Assembly (NCBI GenBank): GCA_965655095.1
Contig: OZ296651.1
Location: 30,256,001 to 30,320,000 of the forward strand
Direction of reading: 5' to 3'
DNA: 64,000 bases
Origin: Haplodiscus bocki
Taxonomy: Eukaryota
The position numbers and the translations under genes were made by a program. Shown here piece by piece: positions 12,606-24,808 of this stretch. The notes under the pieces are model-generated. The model ran no database searches, was not told where the DNA came from, and saw only the letters and a list, made by a program, of their open reading frames with translations. The stretch's first letter is position 1, and the number at the start of each line of letters is the position of its first letter.

Positions 12606-15600
12606 TCGGCTCTATTTCTACCTTTTTTCCAAAAGATATACCAACTACATGCAATTTTTTCTTAATCCCCCTTCCCATATAGTTAGATCTACAAAAAAAA
12701 TGTAATGCCCTGTTTAAAAACGGCTCAAAAAAACTTTCCACAAAGTAGATTAGAGTCCACTGGATGCGCCGACTTTGAGCCTTCCCGATTTGTTGGTATT
12801 TTCACACAGGGTTCACCAATGACGTTTTCGTATTGTTCTTTCAGAAAATTATAAGGAATTTTTTAGAAAAAAAGGCTATTTACATAATAAACGCATCAGG
12901 ATTCTTCGTCGTTAGTTCGGAAACATTTACAATTTATATTGCCTGGTGCATTCGGCAGATGCATAAATGCGTGTAACTCTTAAATGTGAGTCGACAGGAA
13001 GGAAACTCAGACATCAAATGAAAAAGAAGACATAGGCATCAATTGTTCAAGGCATTGTTTCAAGGCATCAAGCGCTAAGAATTTAGAACAAGAGGCGCAG
13101 CAGCACAGCGATATCTTCCGCCGACTATAGGTGAGAAAAATGAAATTTATGAAAACTTCGAGAAAAACAGGCACCTTAGGGCGAGGGGAGGCTCGCTCCC
13201 AGCTGTGTAAATACACTTTCAGACAACTTGCATTCTCAAAATTGATTAATATATATTTCAGTTCTATTCGGGCTTTGAGCGAAAAAACTTTCCTTGGTGT
13301 TCCCAGAAACAAACTGTAAGTGTCCCAAGGACCATTTTCGGGAAAAGATTGGAAAAAAAATATCAACTCGTAATTTTTTTTGGACTTTAAGCGAAAAATT
13401 TTCGGCATGGTAGTCAAAACTGCGTTCTACGTGTCCAAATGAACATTTTCACTAGAAAAATTTTCTTTGAGAAAAATAAAAATTTTTTAAATATATGATT
13501 GAGCGAAGTTTTTTGAGAACTTCGCAGTTGACGAAGCCAGAATTGGCAAATCAACGGAAAAACAGTCTACATACTGAGTTGATGACTTTTTTTAAATATA
13601 TTACGACGGAAAATATAAGGGTTAGAGAAAATAATAAACGAGCCAAGAATGGCGAGTCAGCATCTCCAGAGTTGGCGTATAATCAATCAAGTTTTGTCGA
13701 TAATCACAAAACTGATAAAAGTATGGACGGTTATTGGCGTACAATCGAGTGGCGGATAATCGAGGAATAAGTCTGGGTATCACGAAAATTGTTCATTTTT
13801 GACTTTTCCCTATAGAAATACTGATGGTGGTTCTGACTTCAGGCTTCCTACTGCAAACAAAAACGTCAGAAATGTAGCTTTGTCGAGCTTGTCGTATAAT
13901 TGAGGTTGATCTCCGATAATTATCCGTATGATGCAAAAAGGCACGGAATATCACAATTTGGGTGGGAAAATTTAGTCTCACAGTACGGAAAAACTTCGTT
14001 AGCGGGTTTGCTTTAGAGTTTTGGAACATGTGGCCCAATCCGGGAGAGCGAGGAATGAAAGAAAATTTATAGCGAAGAGTGAGTCGGTTTGAACTGAGAA
14101 CGTCTTACGAAAGAAAAAATAAGAGAATCAAGCCGGGAAGGGCCCAAGTCGGGGGGATATCGCGAAATTTTTCGGTACTTAGTTTTAAAAAACATCAATT
14201 TTTTCCATGTTGGGTTTCGGCATTTTGTGTTTTGGGATTTTTGTACTCTTGTGTGTTTTATATAAAACTTTGGTTCTCCTCTCCCTGACGGCCGAAGATC
14301 TAAGATCTCAACACCAAATCGAAGAGTTTTTGTTGAATTTCATCGATCTCAAGGTCTTGAAAATGAAAGCCACTGTTACAGTCAGCACTTTTTACTAGAG
14401 CGCCGACTAAAAAAATTATACTTCAGCTCCATCATGTCGAAAAACTGCGGACTAATCAAAGCGTCCAAAATTTCAGCGCATCCGCTGGTATAATGGTCAA
14501 TATCGACGCTTTGAACAGTATGCAATTTTTCGACTCTCTGGTAATCAATAAATTTTAGACGCCATGAATGGTCCTCCTTTCGAAAAGCGGAAAATAAGCA
14601 GCGAATTTTGAATTGACAAATTTGAGAGTATCTAAATCTCGATACTTGAACCTACGCTCCGACTACCACAACGACTTGAGATGTAAGAGGAAACATTAAA
14701 GCTCGCTCTAGCTTGGGGTAAACGACGAGAAAGTATACACAAAAAAGTGAATAATAAGCAGGGACAATTCGGGTTCACTTTATCCACCAGTCTCTCCCAG
14801 TCAGTCGGTTAATCACGAAGACGTTTGCAAAAAGCGAAGGAAAAGAATCCAAAATCTAGAAGCATTAAGTTTCAATTAAAGTCTAAAAATTTGAATCAAT
14901 GGCCAGTCTTTTTAAGCTCAGCAAACCCGGACTGCAGACAGACCATTCATACTCGGGCCTCCTCTATTGCAATATTTTGCGCATTTACGAGCTACTTCTT
15001 ATCGCTTCGTAAAATTTGTATGATTATGAATAACCCATTTTTCAAATATAACACAAAAAATGACCAAAGGCACGCAGCTGCATTCCGTAGAAAATTGAAA
15101 GATCTTTCTACACGGGCATATATGAATGTTGCTTTTAACCCCAAGACAGGACCCATTTTAGGAACTGCTTATGTCGAAAAAATCGATTTTGCATTTCAAC
15201 TATAGTGCTGACATTTGGATTGATGTCTGACATTCCCCAGAAAAGATCAAAGGCAGTCCCCAGTGCTATTTCCGCAGCAAAGATAGCATAAATTATTGAC
15301 TGCACGCGTCTTGTCAAAAGCTTTACAGCACACATGAAAAGCGACTTGCAGAATTTTGATCCCTTAATTTGAAATATTTTTCAAATACGGCGAGGAAAAC
15401 AGACTGATGTTGACAACGATTCTCTGTATGTACCATATTTTTCTAAACAGCCATCACTCAAAGCGAAAGATCAAAAGTATGAAGCACAATATTTTGGTCA
15501 ACCAAAAAAATGTTATCATTCGGCGTCAGATTGCCGTCTACAAATGCCAATTTCTCAATTGTTTCACATAGGTCACGAATCTACGGCTGTATTAACCGTT

Positions 15601-16471
15601 TTCGACAGCTACAAAAATCGTCATCAAAATATCTGAACATATGAAAGCATCCCATATGTATGAAATTTCAAGGGAAATATGTATTTCAACCAATCCTTTC
15701 ATATCGACACTGGCTGAGCATTATGGACTTTCGGCGAATTCATTAGCTTATCATAAAGAATGTGCAACAAGGCACCCTAGATTGCACCGGTATATGCTTT
15801 CGCCCTCTAAAATTTAGGACATTTTTTGATCAAGAAAAAAAGCGACCCAAAATGCCGGGAAATTAACTTTTCCAGATTATTAGTGTGAACACTATAAATC
15901 TTTTGTCTAACCCGCCTAACCCAAAATTCTAAAATAAACCTAATTAAACTTTTCTGATAAAATCAGAAAGGCTCAAAGTTATCATTTCCCGCGCGTCTCC
16001 AGTGATGCAAAGGGTATCGCCAAATTTTCGGTATTTATCTTCTAAGGACTTTCTGGTAAATCCGTTTCTGGAGATATTTTAGGTATTTTATACTGGGCAT
16101 AACAATTTGGAAAATATTTTGGTTGTCCTTAAAGAATTCGGTAGACGTAGAGAGAGCGGGGGTATCAGGGATTGTACAGAGAGATAATTTGTATGTTGTG
16201 GAAAATTTTTGCGATAGCTCGTATTCGCATCCGCTTTCCTGCTGTATGCTTCGTTGCATGCTTTCATATTGCCAGTTAATTCTGTTTCATTTTTCCATTC
16301 CATCAAATTATATTTCAGAATTTCTTCCAACGAGTCTTTAGCCCACAACGCAACAATAAAAATAAATCAACCCATTCAAAGTCCTCCAAATTCAACGCAA
16401 GCAAAAGTACGAAAATGAGCAATATACCTAATACATTCTACCACGCTTGGCACAATCATGGAAGTAAAATG

Positions 16472-16858
16472 GGGTTCCTAATAAATGGCACCCCGCGCAA
16501 TGTCTGAGACCCAAAATATCGCTCCCCTTCCCCCTAATTTAAGCCCCTTGATTGAATTCTGAAGGGTTGTGCAAACGAAAATTTTGGCACTTGCTTCTCC
16601 GATTAAATTTTGCTTTTTTCGAAAGGTGTCCCAGCCTTTTTTTCCAGTTTTAAGGTCTTGATGGACGAACTCACTCACAATGCCTAAACTTTTGGTTTTG
16701 ATTTTGGGCTTGAATAAAAAATTAAGATTCAGTCTTCTTTGAAAGTTCAACTTGCGACGCTAACAATGTGATGTTTTAATTGAAACCACCTTTTATTGTG
16801 AAACGAAAATATATTGCCCCCACTCCCGCTAAAAATCTCTAGAGCTTATTAGGAACCC
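16472..16858. mobile_element. MITE with 13-bp perfect TIR
   Basis: gggttcctaataa (16472-16484) and ttattaggaaccc (16846-16858). No convincing TSD. Confidence 0.55.
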
Positions 16859-17297
16859 AAAAGTATCGCTGACCTTTTCTCGAATTTTAGGAAACTTTTA
16901 TCAAACTCTTTAGTAAATTGAAATAGTTCGGTATTTCTGAGAAGCGATCGCCCACATTTTCAATTCTTTAAATTGAAGCGAACAGCACAAAAATTCGAAT
17001 AAAATTCCAATTGCCGCGCTGCGTCGCTTTTCCCAAGGGAAATCGTTCTCGGAATTTGGACTCCCAAGATCGGCAAGACCATGGACAAAAAGCATCCCCG
17101 TAAAAAATTGCATCATTTTAGAACGTCTTTTGGAAAATTTTTCTCACCAACAAGGCGTTCTTAATTTATGAACATATTTAGGCGCATTTGAATCAATACA
17201 GCTAGCTTCATCTTGAACCAACTTTCTTGTGACAATGTGACAAAAGTTGGAAAAGCACGCAATAAAGTTTTCAGAAGCTTTTGATCAATATACGTGC

Positions 17298-17457
17298 CAG
17301 TTGAGAATTTGAGCTCGTAGCTGTCAGTTTTATGGTCGATGAACTTGAACTGAGACAACTTGCATTCAGCCACTTGCACCGCTTCTTTTATCTTTCCCTC
17401 CTCGTCTCTCTCGTTCTTCCACTGAAGCCTCAAGTCCCGAACTGTGTAGCCATAGGC
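17298..17457 (-). CDS. Cys-loop receptor exon (loops B, F, C)
   Basis: AYGYTVRDLRLQW...LSQFKFIDHKTDSYELKFST. Acceptor tttcag at 17458 (phase 0). It ends in phase 1 at a GC donor, matching the phase-1 start of the next exon. Confidence 0.9.
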
Positions 17458-17900
17458 CTGAAATGACATTCAATATTAAAATTCAGAATGTCAAGTGTGG
17501 CCTGAAATGACGTTTAATAATAAAATCCTCAAAGTTAAGTGGGAAAATATTTTCTATTCTTCAGTTCACTTTACGCTCACCTTATCCAGCAGATTGAATT
17601 TTCATTCTGTCCCAGTCTTTCCAAAAATCTGTTCGTCTTTTTGCTTCGAGCCACTTATTACGCTGAATGAATAAAGCACGCGAGTGGATGTAGTGGACGA
17701 CTTGATGAACTCACTCGCTTTTCTCACTAGCGAGGATCATCTTAACGCCATAACCGAAACACTATCACTGAGTTTCATTCACTAGTTTTTATTGGCCCGC
17801 TATCTTTACTTGCTGGCTTCGGTCTTTTGGCAATTAAGTTAGAAAAATTTCATAGTTTTGAAAAGTCGAGACACGGTTCACAGCCTCCATTTAGTATAGG

Positions 17901-19870
17901 ATTTCCTGTCCTTCTACTCTCTTCTGACTTTTCTCATGCTGACAGCCAATAGAAATAGATTGACGATAGCAGGAATGCTCTCTCTACAACCGGTTTATGC
18001 CGGATGCTGAATTAGATTGCAAGTCTTGTACGGAAAAATGACTTTTGTAACTGGCGACCCTTTGAAAAAACAGTACAACTCAATACAAAGGGTCGCCAGC
18101 TACAAAAATCAGTCTTCCGTTGCAAACTAACTCAACATCCGATATAAACGGCTTGTAGAGAACTTAATTTTTGGTATTCTCAATCGATATGCATTTTTAT
18201 TGACTTGCAGAATGAGCAGAAAAACAGCAGAACGGTGTCAGGACATTTCACCCGAAGACACTCCACCCCACTTTTTGAAAAGGGAATACGATGAGTCAAG
18301 CGGAATTAAAAGAAAGAACAACTGTGCAAAAGATGTGTAAATAATAGAACAATTCGATCAAAGGCCTTGACGTAAAAAGCCACCCCTCACTTTTTGAACG
18401 CATGGTGGTAAACAACGATAAACAAGAATTAAGCATTACGTCAACAACGCAAATTTCTTTTGGTATGCCAATCACAGATTGTGACATTTTAAAACAACAA
18501 AAGCTTGTTTAAGTGATATATTTCTATCGATGAACGAATTTTTCAGTACGTATTGTAACTCGAGTAGCCAAGTGGTAAGGCAACTGCCAGTGCGCTAAAA
18601 TACATGACTTTTTTTCTACCCTAGCCTTCGGATTGTTCTATAAAGTTTAGGACTTACTGAATCCCGATTTTCCCAGATTCCCAGTTTCCCGGACTTGGAA
18701 AGTCGGGATGGCATGAGGGGGAAAAATAAAACCCTGATATCGTCCTAACTAATGTGTTGAAAATTCGCTCGGAAAAGCTTTGTAGTTTTCGAGAAAATTG
18801 ATTTTTTCGTCTATTTTCCGGAAGAAAATATGTGATAAATAGAAGAAGCATCCCGATATGGTAGCAATGGGCAGTGCTATTTCGGAGGTTTTCATGACAA
18901 CCTGCTAAAAACCTTATCGGGAACTGCATTCGGGAGGAGCGACAAAAAAAGTCGGTGTATAGCTGATAAAACATTTTTGGACTCAATTTAACTGTCCCAT
19001 TAGCCAGCCATAATGGAGATGACTGCAAAAATTTTACCATTTCATTGTCGCTGAAAACCATTATCATTTCAAGGTTTTTTTCCAGTGTCGTACACCAGAA
19101 AAGAATGAAAATATTTCAACACGTCGAAATTTTGGCTGGCAGGGTCTGCGAAGTGGATCAAATCCCTTTTTTGTCTCACCTGTTGAAAAACTTTGAAGGG
19201 CCTGGCTTTGGAGGGCAGTGTCAAATGAGCTGCGCATTCGTCCGTGACTTCCAGCAATGCGGATGTAACTGAAACTGCCGGGGTTTAAACTTCTTTCAAT
19301 TCTTTGATCTTTTTTGACACTTTTCTGGCTCCAACTTTTCTCAAACCAATATCTTGGTTGCGGCTCGAATCGAAATGACCTTCTCGCCACTCTTAATTGC
19401 AATGGTTCAGCAGCTGAGTGTCTGATATTGGGCACTATTCCAGTCTTTGGTTACCTTCTTTTTTGTAATATTGGTTGCCGACGACTACCAGATTTGTTTT
19501 CGATTCGCTAGATTGCACAAATTCAATGCTACTCATTGTCGTGTTGATTTTGGGTTGTTGTTTAGTGATTGAGTATGAGATACCATTTCACATGGTGGTT
19601 TCACACCTAGTCTCCACACTGTAGTGAAAATGAAGTGCGCCGCTTTTTTGAATTGCGTCAACTTAATTATTTAATTTGCATCTACTAACGCGGAAATATT
19701 ATTGTCTTCATTAAGAACGCTCATTACTTTTAATTGATGGGCATAATTATATTATTGACCGCTATTGCTTTATAAATTATGTTGTTGGGCCGCACTAATT
19801 ACATAAATCGGGGTGATATGTCCGTGGGGTGAAATGTCATGTAACCCAGCAGACCAAAAGGGCAGGAAAT
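17901..19870. mobile_element. Foldback/palindromic MITE interrupted by a Mutator element
   Basis: Arms 17901-18064 and 18086-18233 plus 19847-19870 are inverted complements (centre tgacttttgtaactggcgaccctttg / caaagggtcgccagctacaaaaatca; ends atttcctgtcc / gggcaggaaat). Confidence 0.7.
18234..19846 (-). mobile_element. Mutator/MULE DNA transposon, internally deleted
   Basis: TIRs ggtgtcaggacatttcaccc and ggggtgaaatgtcatgtaacc. 9-bp TSD cagcagaac (18225-18233) / cagcagacc (19847-19855). Transposase remnant VFSDNEMVKFLQSSPLWLANGTVKLSPKMFYQLYT matches the MULE DGTFK..P..F.QLYT motif. Confidence 0.85.
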
Positions 19871-19897
19871 AGTATCAAAAGGACAGTATCAGCTAAC

Positions 19898-20064
19898 CTC
19901 AATGATGAGAGAACAGTTTTGAGTGTCGAGAGGGAAATATTCCAGTTCCATGGGGCATTTTGACACGACTGTCACTCTGCAGGAATAAAGCACTTGACCT
20001 TCCGGTGACAATCGCAGAAGAATGTTGGGCACCATGACACTGTGCTTGTCAGCAGACAGCGACT
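19898..20064 (-). CDS. Cys-loop receptor exon (loop E and the Cys-loop)
   Basis: ESLSADKHSVMVPNILLRLSPEGQVLYSCRVTVVSKCPMELEYFPLDTQNCSLIIE, containing the C-x13-C loop. Acceptor ttctcag at 20065 (phase 1), donor gag|gttagc at 19897 (phase 0). Confidence 0.95.
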
Positions 20065-20222
20065 CTGAGAAAACACAAAACATGAAAAGTTCGCAACCAT
20101 AAATGCGTCTGAGTTCAGATTAGCAATGAACTATGATGCTTAAAACTATATACTATCAGAATACTTGCAATTTCATGTGGAACCAAAACCATTTATTCAA
20201 CATTAAAACAGTCATATTTAAA

Positions 20223-20637
20223 AGTTTCAGGATAACCCCACAGACAACTCACTACACGGACATTTAACCCGAAGATACTTTACCCCACGGACATTTAACC
20301 CACTTTTAAAGCACCTGATCATTTTACCTAGGATGCCTAGTTAAAGAATTATTTCGGTCATTCTTTGTATTGCACCTTACTTTCATCATCCAGCGTGAAT
20401 TAGCACGCGGTTGTTGCTATTCTCGCCTCATTTCAGGGTTTTCGCACAAAATTATCGCCATTAACACCTCATTTCATTTATGATCGTATCGATCGTATTT
20501 AATTGTTTATCATGCATATTAATAGGAGCGCCAATTAAAGATACTTTTCAAATCGGGGTGAACTGTTTGTAGGAAAAATGTCTGTGGGGTGAAATGTCCT
20601 TGGGGTTTAATGTCCTGGGGTGATAAGTCCTGAAGCC
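20223..20637. mobile_element. MULE-family MITE with tandem ~15-bp subrepeats in its TIRs
   Basis: Left arm has repeated ggacatttaacccc and right arm repeated ggggtgaaatgtcc, the same motif as the MULE TIR at 18234/19846. Confidence 0.7.
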
Positions 20638-21699
20638 AATTTAGAAGGTTCGTTTTTTGTCAAAACGAACGAAATTAGAACCAAATTTTATTCTTGGGCT
20701 CATAAAACAAGTTGGTTTTCATTTACGTCTCGAAAGATAATCTTGTCTCTCAAAAATCAATATTCTGGATCCTGTTCTTCACCGCCTCGTCCCGGCTATC
20801 AAATCCAATTTTTGTGAAACTTCGGCTCGGAGTTGCTCATACAATCATGTACTTTCGTTGTGGACAAATGACGCGGATTGCGCAACGGATCTCATGTAGA
20901 CAAAATTGACACTTTTTATATCCAATTTACTGCTGTAAATAAAGATGAACTGAGCAGTGAGGACAAGTGACAATATTTTCCATTTTCGCCTGAAATTCGA
21001 CGTTTGTGTCATCATTTGTTTTGATTCAAAAACTTTCGGGTTAGTGAATTGTCCAACAGATTTCGCCATTTTCCGACATTCGCATTGTTTGTACCCTTTT
21101 GGTTCTATAGTCTATAAACTAGACAAGAAAATTGAAGATCTCTACCCGAAAATTGTTCAGCCAAATACAATCATTCGAAACAAGAAACAAAAATCGGCAC
21201 TGATTTCGAAGACTTTAAATGTAAAATAGTATTTATTTAATCTTCAAAAACTTCTGAAAATAATTTTGACTCTTCCACGATCATTTTTCTAATTAAAAGT
21301 AGACATTTTAACTGAAATCACATTAACTTATTCAGCTGTCCATAAGTTGTAAATTTGTACTGTTCTACAATAATAAAAATACATGAAGAAAGATTGAAGA
21401 CAAATACAAACACGAGCAAACATGATAACAAGAAAACCTCTCACGTCAATTCACTGGCTCAGACAAAAATCTGGAAATAAGTTTCACTTGAATGGCTACA
21501 CTTGGTTTTAAAAAGTTCGTTGCGCCACGAAAAAAAAACAGCATTGAACAAACTATCAATGTTTCAGAAGAGTCAGTGATTACTCTTCATGATTTTACAT
21601 CGTAATGTATTACGAAAAGAAAATCAGTCCCTCAGTATGTACTTTTCTCCACTTTCGACTCAACTGACATCCTGACAATCTTAGTTTACAGATTAATTA

Positions 21700-21760
21700 C
21701 AAGAAACGGTCGTCAGAGTACGACACTCCGGGTTCGATCTCCAATAGGACACCACGTTAT
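21700..21760 (+). repeat. tRNA-derived SINE-like head
   Basis: gtcgtcagagtacgac hairpin followed by B-box gggttcgatc. Confidence 0.35.
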
Positions 21761-23924
21761 TATACGTATTTCGCGTTTTCATCAAGTTTTACAAGAAAAT
21801 ACGAATAAATTGAAAACACCAGAAAGTATCATTTTTTGATTATGAAGTTCTTCGCTTTTCTTAAACGCAAAAGCGAATCAATTTGAAACTTTTGGGCAAA
21901 ATTGAACAGTTTTACATGAACACTGAAAAAAAACACACAAGCTTAGGAAACAGTCGAAAATTTTCTTTCAACTTTAAAATTATAACATTATTTAGAAAAG
22001 AAATAGTTAAGAAACACATTTGAAAAAACTTTGGAAATTAAGATAAAAAATCGTACAACCCTAAGCTGGTCTTTTCCGGGTTTCAAAGAAACACACAAAC
22101 TCCAGCCAGAACATTTTTTTCCTAATATTTGATACTTTGAGCAAAAAATGTCGAAGAAGTACTTTTAATTTTTCTCATTGATCAAACTCATTTTCTCCAT
22201 AAATTACCCGCTGCTTCTATTCAATCGATGCGTTAGCCGAGAGGTTCCACCTTGTAGATGAGAATTCAACACTGATATCTGGTACTGCTTTTGGATACGA
22301 ATTCCCAACAAGCCGAAAACGTCAGAAAAATCTATTATTACGTTTTTAGATTTTCAAACTCAATTTTCTCCGAACTACCGCCTTGAATTCTACCATCAAA
22401 ATTCTCATGCACAGTTTTCAACAGGTAGAAGAGCATTCAACACTTCAAATTTGGATTTCGTTCATTGCACTGGAAATCTCAGACACCGAAAATACCAGAA
22501 AACTCCATCAGCATCCACTTGTATCGATTTTCAAGCTCAGTTTTTTCCAAAGCCATCAACTTTATATCCTTCAAGGCCTCAAAGAGTACTTGTAGAAGAG
22601 CATTTAACACAAAAATCTGGTTATTAAATTCCAATGGAGTCCTGATATGATCAACCAGTCAGGAATTGGCATCAGCATTGAGGTTTTCCATATTCAACAT
22701 CAATTTGAATCAAAACTAACTTGGTTTCCTTCATCATTGTTTTATTGATTATTGGAAGGGCATTTGACACTACAATTTGGGATTTTGTTCATTGCCTGTG
22801 AATTTTCGAAAGTCTGGAGTACTCCAATAAGCCTTTACTCGATATGCAAATTCACTTTTGTCCATGACTACCGCCTTGATATCTTTAACAATGTATTAGT
22901 CGACCGTTGTCGCCATTCTTACCAGCTGAATTTCTTCTACCAAACTCTCAGTCAACCACAATCAACTGTTAATAACTGGAATTCGTTCCATGAATCGGAG
23001 TTTCTATAAGCCTCCAAAATTATCCAAAAGCGCGATATCCAAAGATCTTTAACTCTGCTCAAAGTCAACATCCTCAAATTCTACCAGCTGGATTTCTTCA
23101 CCCGAAACCTGACCCGACAACTGCTAGTTTGGTGAAAATATTTACACAGACACACTATAAGTTTTTGCCAATTGGAAACATGATAGGCCGAAAACGCGAA
23201 AAGAAATGAAATTTGGGGACATTCAAAATCAATTGTCTCCATAACTACCGACTTGATTTCTTCCAACGGTGCCTTAACCGAGAGTTTTCCACTTTTCAAA
23301 GGGCATTCTTCACTATATTGTCAGGTTTTAATAATTGCATGGGCATCCTGATAAGCTGGGCTGAAAAGCCCAAAAAGAGCCCATTGTAGTAAATTTTTTC
23401 CATATTCATTCTCAATTTATTTCGCAATTATCTGCTGTATTTCTTTCATCAAGGCCGCAATCGGAAGTTTAATAATTGTTAAAAGGTATTCTACATTAAA
23501 ATGCCAAGTTTTTGAAGCTGCAGTGGATTCTGATAAGCTGAAGATCCCAAAAAATGCCTTCAGTGTCAAGTTTTCTCGACTTTCAGTCTGACATTTTTGC
23601 AAAACTACCCAATAGATTTCCTCTATCAATTTCTCAGTTGACGGCCTTTTACATGTAGAATTTCATTGAGCACAAACGTCCTCATTTTGTTCATTACTTC
23701 GGAAATCTGATAGGTGACAAAAATCAAAAACTGCAACTTGCAACAATTTTTTCCAAATTAAGCACTTTTCACTCCTAACCTATCCGCTGAATTCTTTGCA
23801 TCAAGGCATTGTTCGACAGCTCTTTTCCGTAAAAAGTCAGTTGGCAATGTTTTTATTTGGTTGAGTTACTTTCACCGCCGCTGCTGTTTGGAAAATCACA
23901 TTTGGGGAAAAGGCAAGTTTCGTC

Positions 23925-23998
23925 AAGCGGCAATGGCAGTCAGTAGAACATGCGACTGCGGCGCGAAAGGTCCTAGGTTCGATCCTGAGAAACTCCCT
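23925..23998 (+). repeat. tRNA-derived SINE-like head
   Basis: A-box-like tggcagtcagtag and B-box ggttcgatcc at tRNA spacing. No intact acceptor stem. Confidence 0.4.
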
Positions 23999-24067
23999 TC
24001 ACTTTGATCAAAACGTAGGAGCAAATGCGAGTTGTTAACGGATTGGAAAAAGTCCACGGACGACTCT

Positions 24068-24180
24068 GATATAACACGTGCTGGCGCTATTGTAAATAAA
24101 CAACATGATATTACACTTGCTTGCGCCAGTATAAATAAATAACATGATACAACACTTGATTGCGCAAGTGTAATTAAAAA
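24068..24180. repeat. ~39-bp tandem repeat, about 3 degenerate copies
   Basis: Repeated taaataaa(c/t)aacatgata..acacttg.ttgcgc.agt. Confidence 0.55.
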
Positions 24181-24439
24181 GCAGAAAGAAATTTTAACTT
24201 TTATAACTGTTTTCTCGTAAAACCAATGTGCTTTGAGAAAATTAGCTTCAAAGTTGCTGACTTTTTGCCCATGAGTTCATTAATTAAAATCAGTGCTGTA
24301 TTCGATGTTTTTTTAACAAAATGTCAAAATTAAATCGTTGATTAAATCGTTAGCAAAAACTGTCAGAACATTTCCATTTGGTTCGCAAGAAACAAAGTCA
24401 AACAAGATTTTGATGACTATTTTCCGAATCACATCTCAC

Positions 24440-24808
24440 CTGGAAAGTAAGTATCTGGGAGCCAAATTTTGTGCAAAAACTCGTGCGACAAAGTTATACT
24501 CTCATTTGATTCTTCAGCGAATTCCAGTCTTTTGTCCATCCAGTACTGTCGGAAAGCGAAGTCAACTCGGAAGCTCATGTCAGTCTCACTTATGGGCCCC
24601 AGACTGTCCACGTGCAGGGTTATGTCAACTTCGACGGGATCTCCTCCGAACTGAGGCCTAAGTCTCGAGTCATAGTCTTGCAACAATCCCGACAAAATTT
24701 TACTCGTTCTGAACATTTTGGCTTGTCTTTTGAACTCGGCGTCTTGATCTTTGGCTAATTCGGAATTGGAGTATCTGATGCTCTCACTGATCATTGAAGA
24801 ACCCATGC
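24440..24808 (-). CDS. Cys-loop receptor exon (N-terminal helix, loops D and A)
   Basis: TSKILSGLLQDYDSRLRPQFGGDPVEV..DFAFRQYWMDKRL..KIWLPDTYFP. Acceptor tttcag|gc at 24809 (phase 1), donor g|gtgaga at 24439 (phase 1). Confidence 0.95.

Noticed and set aside
14700-16400. ORFs 14825-15205 and 16088-16348 as genes
   Set aside because: No recognisable domain or splice structure; probably eroded TE sequence.
21700-23998. tRNA-like motifs as true tRNA genes, and 22200-23900 as a coding element
   Set aside because: No complete cloverleaf. The intervening sequence looks formerly coding, but I could not assign any motif with confidence.
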